Made by a program: the position numbers and the translations under genes. A stretch of DNA of 64,000 nucleotides. Source: Polyangiales bacterium. GTDB lineage: Bacteria; Myxococcota_A; Polyangia; Polyangiales; Ga0077539. Every line of letters starts with the position of its first letter. Position 1 is the stretch's first letter. The stretch is from assembly GCA_044229975.1 (NCBI GenBank), contig JBGARZ010000004.1, positions 505,453-569,452 on the forward strand. The letters are read 5' to 3'. Of the stretch, positions 1 to 7,384 are shown piece after piece. A model generated the notes under the pieces. The model ran no database searches and was not told the origin of the DNA. It saw only the letters and a program-made list of their open reading frames with translations.

Positions 1-2139
1 GCGTGGGTCTCCGGCGACGTGCTGCACCTGAGCTGCGAGGAGGGCCCGTCGGTGGGCTTCGGCGGCCTCGGATCGGGCTCGGGTTCGGGCGCGGGCTACG
101 GCGGCCTCGGAGGGCGGGGAGCGGGGCGCGAGCAGCGGCTGGAGGGCGATCTGTTCTTCCTGGGGGCGCGTCGTCTCGGGGCGAGCGGTCGGCTGGAGCT
201 GGACATCCCGTTGCCCGCGCATCCGGGTCGTTGGCGCTTGCAGGCGCTGGCCATCGACGATCGCGGACGGGGCGATCGGGCCTTCGCGGTGGTGGCGACG
301 TCGCGCGCGCTGACGGCCTCGGTCGACGCGCCGACGGTGCTGCGACCGGGCGATCGCGCGGGCGGCGCGCTGACGGTGCACGCGCCCTCGCTGGCGGGGC
401 AGCGGGTGGAGGTCGCGCTGGAGGGCGACGGGGTGACGGTGGCGTCGGCGCCGGGCGTGGTGACGCTCGACGCGCGGGGTGATGCGCGGGCGGCGTTTAC
501 GGTGACGGCGACGCGGTCGGGCGCGGCGACGGTGGTGGGTCGCGCGCGGGTGGGCAGCGCGCAGGACGCGGTGCGCGCTGGGATCACGGTGCGCGAGGAC
601 GACGCGGTGCAGCCGATGGCGCTGCGCTACACGGTGGCGGGTGAGGCGACGGACGTGGACGTCGCGGTTCCGGCGCTGTCGCGGGCGGGCGAGCTGCGGG
701 TGTCGGTGGACACCGGGGTGGCCGAGCAGGTCGACGAGGCGCTGACGTCGCTCTCGACGCCGCGGTGGGCCGTGCCCTTCGTGCTGGTGCAGCGGCTCCG
801 GTCGCTGAGCACGCTGGCGGGGGTCATCAACGGGCTGCCCGATGCCCAGCGCAACGAGTGGTCGGGCCGCGTGGACGATGCGTTGGCCTCGACCGAGGAG
901 CAGCTCCGAACGATGCGGGGGATGGACGGCGCGGTGGGCTGGTGGCGCACGAGCCCGTCGAGCGGATGGCTGACGGCGACGCTGCTGGTGGGCCTCGGGC
1001 CCGCCGCGCACGGCCGACACTGGAACGACGCGTGGGCGTACGTTCGCGAGCGCGCGGCGGTGGCGCGCGGCGACGAGGCCGGGCGCATCGTGCAGGCGCT
1101 CGCGATGAGCCGGACGGAGAGCGATCGGGTGCTCGGGCGGGCGGTGCTCGGGGCGTTGGCGGCGGACACGACGCTCTCGCTCGACGCGACGCGCGGCGCG
1201 TACGTGGCGGCGCGGCAGCTCGATCGGGCGGCGGCGCCGCGGTGGTCGGCGCGGTTGACGACGGCGGTGGAGGCGGTGCTCGGCGCGAGGCCGCGGGTGA
1301 CCTGCGGCGGGGTGCCGTGGTTCGCGTGTTACGGGCAGGAGCAGCAGTGGGCGTCGGAGGCGCGGGCGATGGCCACGCTGGCGGCGGGCGACGCGGCGAG
1401 CAGTGAGCTGCGGGCGCGGATGGCGACGTGGCTCGCGGCGCGACCGGCGTCGACGGCGACGTGGTGGTGGGGGAGCGCGGACGCGGACGTGGCGTGGCTG
1501 CGGTCGCGGCTGACTTCGGGGGCGGGCGCGTCGACGCGCTTCACGGTGCGCGTGGGCGGCCGCGAGGTGGCGCAGGGCGACAGCGCGCACCCGGTGACGG
1601 TGATGGTGCGCGAAGCGAGCACGGTGCTGGTCTCACTGGGGGCGTCACCGGGGAGGCTGGTGCGGGTGCGGGTGGATGGCGCGTTGGCGCTCGCGCCGGT
1701 GACGGCACCGACCGGGACGGTGGGGTTGGAGCGGCGCATCGACGTGACGGCGGAGGGTCCGTCGCTGGCGCTGCGGTGGACGCTGGCGCGCGAGGCGACG
1801 GGGGTGGAGCTGGTGGTTCCGCTGCCGGCGGGCGTGGAGGTGGCGCGGATGGCGGGCGGTCGCGCGAGGGTGCGAGCGACGGAGCAGGAGCTGGTGTGGT
1901 GGGGGCCGCTCGACCGGGGCCCCAGCGCGCTGCGGCCGATGATCGAGCGGCGCGACGGGGCGCTGGTGCTGCGGATGGAGCGACTGAACGCGGGGGCGCA
2001 CACGCTGACGCTGCCGCTGGTGGCGAGCGCGACGGGTCACTTCACGGCGGGCGGCGCGTGGCTGCGCAGCGACGACCCGACGGTGTGGTCGGTGACGCCG
2101 TCGGTGGTGCTGGAGGTGCCAACCGAACGATCGCCGTGA
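1..2139 (+). CDS. Alpha-2-macroglobulin-family protein, C-terminal part (5' truncated by window)
   Basis: Frame is open from the window edge. 'IPLPAHPGRWRLQALA...LTASVDAPTVLRPGDR' resembles the A2M MG domain, followed by a helical TED-like region ('DGAVGWW...SGWLTA') and a C-terminal 'VPLPAGVE...ASATGHF' receptor-binding-like domain. Confidence 0.7.
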   Translation, partial: AWVSGDVLHLSCEEGPSVGFGGLGSGSGSGAGYGGLGGRGAGREQRLEGDLFFLGARRLGASGRLELDIPLPAHPGRWRLQALAIDDRGRGDRAFAVVATSRALTASVDAPTVLRPGDRAGGALTVHAPSLAGQRVEVALEGDGVTVASAPGVVTLDARGDARAAFTVTATRSGAATVVGRARVGSAQDAVRAGITVREDDAVQPMALRYTVAGEATDVDVAVPALSRAGELRVSVDTGVAEQVDEALTSLSTPRWAVPFVLVQRLRSLSTLAGVINGLPDAQRNEWSGRVDDALASTEEQLRTMRGMDGAVGWWRTSPSSGWLTATLLVGLGPAAHGRHWNDAWAYVRERAAVARGDEAGRIVQALAMSRTESDRVLGRAVLGALAADTTLSLDATRGAYVAARQLDRAAAPRWSARLTTAVEAVLGARPRVTCGGVPWFACYGQEQQWASEARAMATLAAGDAASSELRARMATWLAARPASTATWWWGSADADVAWLRSRLTSGAGASTRFTVRVGGREVAQGDSAHPVTVMVREASTVLVSLGASPGRLVRVRVDGALALAPVTAPTGTVGLERRIDVTAEGPSLALRWTLAREATGVELVVPLPAGVEVARMAGGRARVRATEQELVWWGPLDRGPSALRPMIERRDGALVLRMERLNAGAHTLTLPLVASATGHFTAGGAWLRSDDPTVWSVTPSVVLEVPTERSP

Positions 2140-2178
2140 TCGTTGGAAGTGTCCGTCGGAACGGCTACCGTCGGCGCT

Positions 2179-2715
2179 GTGAGTGACCTCATCGAACTGG
2201 ATCTGGACCGCATCGGAGAGTGCAGCGTGATGGGTCCTGCCGTCCTGAACAGTCGGCGCGATGCCGCGTCGGTGAATCTCCAGCAGGCGCACGCCGAGAC
2301 ATCGCCGGTCGCGACGACATCGATCGAGGACCCCACTAACCAGAGAGCCGGGCTTCTCCGCTGGACGCCGCCCCAACAGCGAGAACGCGACGATCACGCC
2401 AATCAGCTCAAGGCGTCGGAGGATGGCGCAGAGGCCGTCGCGATCGTCACCGCCTATCGCGCTCTCGGCTATCAGACCGTCGGCCGAGCGCATCACGGAA
2501 GCGGGTCTGACCTGCTGATGCGGCGCCCCGGCGCCCCCGCGGATGACATCGTCAGGTTGGAGGTGAGCGGCATCGTTGGAAAGGCGAGTTCGACGACCCG
2601 ATTGAAGGAGAAGGTCGCTGAGCTCCGCAAAGGAAACCTCAAGCGTCCGGGCGTGGCGATGGTCGTCGCGTTCAGCGAGAGCCCCGTACGAATCCGGCTG
2701 GAAGAAGTCCGATGA
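2179..2715 (+). CDS. Hypothetical protein, PD-(D/E)XK nuclease-like
   Basis: GTG start at 2179 (ORF track starts at 2143). Motifs 'SEDGAE...GSGSDLL...RLEVSG' fit a restriction-endonuclease-like E...D...ExS arrangement. ATGA overlap with the next gene. Confidence 0.55.
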   Translation: MSDLIELDLDRIGECSVMGPAVLNSRRDAASVNLQQAHAETSPVATTSIEDPTNQRAGLLRWTPPQQRERDDHANQLKASEDGAEAVAIVTAYRALGYQTVGRAHHGSGSDLLMRRPGAPADDIVRLEVSGIVGKASSTTRLKEKVAELRKGNLKRPGVAMVVAFSESPVRIRLEEVR

Positions 2716-3161
2716 GCGAGGTCTTCGATGATCCGCGGTGGCGTCAGAGTGAGGAGCAGGCCGTCGAGGCGGAGCATGCTTCCGATCGAGGTGACCTCGC
2801 GGGCGCCCGGTCACTCTACCGACGCGCGGCGGAACAGGCTGGAGCGTTCGCGCTCTCCATCGACGGGAGCATGCCGCGCACGCGCGCCATCGCGGCCGTA
2901 ACGGCGGTCGTCCTGGCGGCCCGCGGCGGGGACTTCCATCAAGCGGTGATGCTGGCCGAGATGTTCCTCGCGTCGCCCGGAAGTCTTCCCGTCGAAGGAG
3001 TGGCTGAACTGGAGACGCTCCGTGCGAGCTACCTGCACACTCTCGCGACAAGCACATCGCCGAAGTCCAACGGCCCGCGAACGGGAAACGCGATGAAGGC
3101 CTGGCGGCAGGGGATTCGGAACCAGTTTCACGCGGACGCTGCGCACCGAGAGGCCGCGTGA
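2712..3161 (+). CDS. Hypothetical all-helical (TPR-like) protein
   Basis: 149 aa with helical hairpins 'GDLAGARSLYRRAAE' and 'GDFHQAVMLAE'. Translationally coupled at both ends (ATGA, GTGA). Confidence 0.6.
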   Translation: MSEVFDDPRWRQSEEQAVEAEHASDRGDLAGARSLYRRAAEQAGAFALSIDGSMPRTRAIAAVTAVVLAARGGDFHQAVMLAEMFLASPGSLPVEGVAELETLRASYLHTLATSTSPKSNGPRTGNAMKAWRQGIRNQFHADAAHREAA

Positions 3162-4600
3162 CCCCGAAGGTGCTCCCACTCGGCGATCGGGGCCTCGACC
3201 TGGTCCTGAGCGGCGGACTGCGGTGGGTCGAACGCGTCGCAGGCGTGGCTGGGGCGTCCATCCTGGTTCGCGGGCCTGCGGGGTCAGGCAAGACGTTGAT
3301 GGGGGTCACGCTTGCGCGAGCGCTGGCCAGACAGCTCGGTGGCCCCGTTGCCTACGGCTGCGTTGAGCTGCTCCCGACCGAGCTCGAAGCGCAGGTGCGT
3401 TCGTTGTTTCCGGCGGACGGTGACCTCGTCGTTCGGCATTCGCCCTTCGACGCTGAGGTCTCATCCGGGGCGGTCTCGATCCTCGCGAGCCTGCTGGAAC
3501 TCGGCGGCGATCCCGACCAGCTCGGGGAGGCGCTCGATCGCATGTGGGCCGACGTCGGGGCGCTCGGCGTCACGCCGAAGGTCGTCGTCATCGACTCGTT
3601 GATCGAGGGTTACGGCATCGGCAGCAACGTCTCGCGGGAGTTCGCCGACGCGATCTGCAAGCTCACGGCGCGTTGGGGCGTCGCGCTGATCCTGCTGGAG
3701 GAGTGCGGCTCGACGAAGGCGTCGCCGTGGGCCTACGCGGTCGACACGGTCATCGAGCTAGAGACCGAAGGGGACGAGGGCGCTGCGAAGACCCCAGAGC
3801 GTTGGCTGCGGGTGCCGAAGCATCGGTTTGGTCCATCGGACATCGGGCCGCATCGGTTCGTGATTCAGAGCGGGATTGGCATAGCGGCCTATCCGCGAGC
3901 GAGTACATGGCTCGAACCATGGGCGACACCTCTTGTCGATCTTCCGAACCATGGTCCCGCGCCGCAACTCTCTCGGAAGGTAAGGAACGGGAGAGATCTG
4001 ACTTTCAAAGGCCCCAACATCGCCGTTTTTGGCTCTGAAAGTTCGTCAGTGTTGAGGCTTGCACGCTCATTGAAGCCTACCGTTCCAGCCAAAGAATCGC
4101 AGTTGATTTGGTACGACTTCCAGAGTCCTCTCTCGGCCACCCCTACGCGATCGGGCAGCGTTCTTCGGGTGGGGCTCGGTCACCCCTACCTCACTGCCGA
4201 ACATCTCCTCTCCCGGATGCTCGATCGCGAACTCTTCGGTGAGGCCGTTTCTCATATTATCATCAGTGACGTCCGCACAATCCGTTCTGCAAACAACACC
4301 AACTCACTCCGGAATGCCCTGGCCACATTCTGCTCACTGACAAGATCCTGGCGAATTCCTTCGCTGCTAGTTGAGACGGCCCCAATGCGGTTCGGAGCTT
4401 GGCACCACCTCTCTGGTGACCCAAGATCTCGGGTAGTTGAAGCGGGCATCACGGAGCCCGATGTCGTCCATTTTTCTGACGACGTTGTTGAAGTTATTAC
4501 CGATGATTGGAATGGTGGCGGCCTATTGCAGGTCCGAGTGACCAACCCAACGGCAGGCACCCTGACAGTCATTCAAGCCTCCGAGTTCGGCCCTCTGTAG
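3158..4600 (+). CDS. KaiC/RAD55-like RecA-fold ATPase
   Basis: Walker A GPAGSGKT, Walker B VVVIDS, and the KaiC-type C-terminal 'RWLRVPKHRF...HRFVIQSGIGIAAYPR'. Second half is divergent. Confidence 0.75.
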   Translation: MTPKVLPLGDRGLDLVLSGGLRWVERVAGVAGASILVRGPAGSGKTLMGVTLARALARQLGGPVAYGCVELLPTELEAQVRSLFPADGDLVVRHSPFDAEVSSGAVSILASLLELGGDPDQLGEALDRMWADVGALGVTPKVVVIDSLIEGYGIGSNVSREFADAICKLTARWGVALILLEECGSTKASPWAYAVDTVIELETEGDEGAAKTPERWLRVPKHRFGPSDIGPHRFVIQSGIGIAAYPRASTWLEPWATPLVDLPNHGPAPQLSRKVRNGRDLTFKGPNIAVFGSESSSVLRLARSLKPTVPAKESQLIWYDFQSPLSATPTRSGSVLRVGLGHPYLTAEHLLSRMLDRELFGEAVSHIIISDVRTIRSANNTNSLRNALATFCSLTRSWRIPSLLVETAPMRFGAWHHLSGDPRSRVVEAGITEPDVVHFSDDVVEVITDDWNGGGLLQVRVTNPTAGTLTVIQASEFGPL

Positions 4601-4649
4601 CCCCCTCGTTGACACCCCCGCCCCGCGGGCGTACCCGCCATTCATCCCC

Positions 4650-6242
4650 ATGCGCTCCCTCCGTCCCTTCCTCGCCGCGGCCGCCGTGCTCGCCGGTTGC
4701 GCCTCCGACGACGACCTCGACGGCCTCCTCCCCGGTGAGGACGATTGGGCCTCCGACCAGATCGTCGGCGCCAACTCGGTCGGTCGTCGCATGGCCGTCG
4801 AGGGCTTCGTCTACGTCCCCGTCGGCTCCTCCCAGAGCACCATCGTCAGCGCCGTCACCGCGCAGATGCGCGTCCTCTTCGGCGCCGCCCGCTCCAACGA
4901 CATCGGCCTCTCCGAGCGCCAGCCCATCGTCAACCCGACCTCGTTCCGCCAGGACACCGTCGCCGTCGTCGACCCCGCGCGGCCCACCGTCACCACCCGC
5001 TCCGTGCTCCGCGTCCGCTACACCTACCGCTCGCGCGCGGTCGTTCCGCGCACGCTCGCCAACGCCAGCACCGTGCCCACCGCCACGCTCTTCCCGGTCT
5101 CCGCCGGGAGCCGCGCCGCCGCCGTCATCCAGCGCTGCCAGGACGCCGACGCCCACGACCTCTCCGCCTCCACCATCTGGTACCACTTCCACCCCTCGCT
5201 CACCGACTGCGCGTCCGACATCCAGGCCGAGACCACGCGCATCGCCGCCGATCGCCGTCAGCTCGTCACCCCCGATCGGCAGGTCACCGAGAGCGAGGTC
5301 GGCCGCCTCTTCCTCCCCGTCACCATGGCCTTCACGCCCCTCGAATCCAACGAGACGGCGTCGCCCGAATACCATCGCCTGTATGAAGACGACCGCCTCG
5401 TGGCGTACTCGTTCTTCGGCCTCGACAAGGAAGACGACCCCAACGACTACGGCGCCCGCAACTACTTCACCTGGCTCCGCACCGTGACCCGCGCGCAGCC
5501 CACGCTCCGCTACACGGTCCCCGACGGCACCAACCTCCTCGCCGTCACCTGGAACGGCCGCCCCATCGCCAACGTCACCTACGAGCGCGTCCTCGGCTGG
5601 ATCCTCGACAACGCCAACTACCCGACCGAGGTCACCACCGCCAACCGCAACGCGTTCCGCTTGCAGGTGCTCCGTCAGTGGCGCGGCCACTACGTCCACC
5701 TCGGCATGAACGTCACCGTCAGCACCGCCGGCCGCTCCCGCCCCGCCGCCGTCGAGCTACGCACCTACTACGGCGACGAGGAGGTCGACCAGCGCAGCGC
5801 GGCGCAGCGCTACGCCGTGGCCTTCCGCGAGGGCGACGTCTTCCAGTACACGGGCCACTCGCACCTCGGGTACGGGCCGCTCGACCCCACCAACTACTCG
5901 GCCTCCACCTTCCCCGACCGCTACCAGCTGATGATGGTCAACTCGTGCGTGTCGTTCAACTACTACAACCAGTTCTTCCGGCTGCACCCGGGCGGGACGG
6001 CCAACCTCGACACCATCACCAACGGCATCGAGGTCTACCTCGAAGGCGCCGGGCTCTCCTCCGCGCGCTTCGTCCTCTCCCTCCTCGACGGTCGCTTCCG
6101 CAACTACCGCGAGATCCTCACGGACATGCGCGTCGACCTCCCCTGGGAGCGCGCCCACGACCCCGACCGCGTCGCCGACGGTGAGCTCGACAACCAGTTC
6201 ACCCGCGCCCGCTTCCCGATGACCCTCACCCCCGTGCGATGA
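4650..6242 (+). CDS. Lipoprotein, possible clan CD (caspase/gingipain-fold) cysteine protease
   Basis: Lipobox LAGC. C-terminal 'VFQYTGHS' and 'LMMVNSC' could form a His/Cys dyad. Strong GC3 codon bias. Confidence 0.6.
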   Translation: MRSLRPFLAAAAVLAGCASDDDLDGLLPGEDDWASDQIVGANSVGRRMAVEGFVYVPVGSSQSTIVSAVTAQMRVLFGAARSNDIGLSERQPIVNPTSFRQDTVAVVDPARPTVTTRSVLRVRYTYRSRAVVPRTLANASTVPTATLFPVSAGSRAAAVIQRCQDADAHDLSASTIWYHFHPSLTDCASDIQAETTRIAADRRQLVTPDRQVTESEVGRLFLPVTMAFTPLESNETASPEYHRLYEDDRLVAYSFFGLDKEDDPNDYGARNYFTWLRTVTRAQPTLRYTVPDGTNLLAVTWNGRPIANVTYERVLGWILDNANYPTEVTTANRNAFRLQVLRQWRGHYVHLGMNVTVSTAGRSRPAAVELRTYYGDEEVDQRSAAQRYAVAFREGDVFQYTGHSHLGYGPLDPTNYSASTFPDRYQLMMVNSCVSFNYYNQFFRLHPGGTANLDTITNGIEVYLEGAGLSSARFVLSLLDGRFRNYREILTDMRVDLPWERAHDPDRVADGELDNQFTRARFPMTLTPVR

Positions 6243-6336
6243 CCCCCGCGATGCGCCGCGCCGCGCGGCGTAGGGCTCTGCCATCGTTCTGCCATCGGCC
6301 TGCGAGTGACGGCGCGCCATACGTCCCTCACCTCCA

Positions 6337-7314
6337 ATGATCACCAAACGCTTCTGGCTCGACGCACCGGACGGACGGGTGACCATCGGCGCGTGGGCCG
6401 TTCTCATCGGCCGCAGCGCCGACTGCAACATCGTGCTGGAGCGTCCCGAGATCAGCCGCCACCACCTGCTGGTGCGCCTGAGCGGTGAAGGGGTGGAGAT
6501 GCTCCCGCTCGGCCGCGAGCCGGTGCACCTCAACGGGGTCGAGCGGTCCGTGCTCACGACGCTGCACGGCGGCGACGTCATCGACGTCGGCGGATGGACC
6601 TTCCGCGTGGGCGAGGAGGAGATCGCATACGCGGCGCGCGCCCCGGAGGCGGCGTGGTGCCTGGAGCGCCAGAGCGGGCTGCTGCACCTCGTGACGGGGC
6701 CGGTGTTTCGCGTCGGCGGCGGCGACGACGACGACCTCATCGTGGAGGGGTGGGACCCGCAGGCGTTCTCGCTCACCCTGGACGCGGGCCCGCCGGTGCT
6801 CACGGCGCTGCTGCCTGGGGTGTCGTACGAGCGCGACCTGGAGGCGGGCGAGCAGGTCACCCTCGCTCACAACGCGCGCATCACGTACCGCACGGAGACC
6901 TTCATCGTGCGGCAGAAGCGGGCGCAGGCGGCCACGGCGACGCAGGCGTGGTCGCGGCCGAAGCACGCGGTGGTGGTGATGCTGGAGTTTCTCCCGCGCG
7001 GCGGACAGATGACCGTGGAGGTGGGCGGTCGCCTGCACGAGACGCTGCTCTCCGACCGCCGCTGCGACCTGGTGGCGTGCCTGCTGCAACCGCCGGCTCC
7101 GCTGGTGGCGGGCGACTTCGTCCCCGACGAGACGCTCTGCGAGCGCGTCTGGCCCGGCGAGAAGAACAACGGCCGCCAGGAGCTCAACTCGCTGCTCTAC
7201 CGCTTGCGCCAGTACCTCTCGGAGGGCGGCATCGACCCGTCGCTGCTCTTCGAGCGCCGCAACGGCGGCCTGCGCTTCAGCCTCGCGCCCCGCGCCCGCG
7301 TCATCGTCCGCTGA
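6337..7314 (+). CDS. FHA-domain protein with C-terminal winged HTH
   Basis: FHA motif 'IGRSADC...ISRHH', a second degenerate FHA-like region, and an OmpR-like wHTH 'LCERVWPG...LNSLLYRLRQYL'. Confidence 0.75.
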   Translation: MITKRFWLDAPDGRVTIGAWAVLIGRSADCNIVLERPEISRHHLLVRLSGEGVEMLPLGREPVHLNGVERSVLTTLHGGDVIDVGGWTFRVGEEEIAYAARAPEAAWCLERQSGLLHLVTGPVFRVGGGDDDDLIVEGWDPQAFSLTLDAGPPVLTALLPGVSYERDLEAGEQVTLAHNARITYRTETFIVRQKRAQAATATQAWSRPKHAVVVMLEFLPRGGQMTVEVGGRLHETLLSDRRCDLVACLLQPPAPLVAGDFVPDETLCERVWPGEKNNGRQELNSLLYRLRQYLSEGGIDPSLLFERRNGGLRFSLAPRARVIVR

Positions 7315-7384
7315 CGCACTACCTTCCGGTCCCACTCAAGCGCTACCGCCGCCGAGCGAGGCTGCGCTATCACCTCGGGCGCAC

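Noticed and set aside
3158..4600. Circadian KaiC clock gene
   Set aside because: No kaiA/kaiB and the second domain is degenerate. Only a KaiC/RAD55-like fold is supported.
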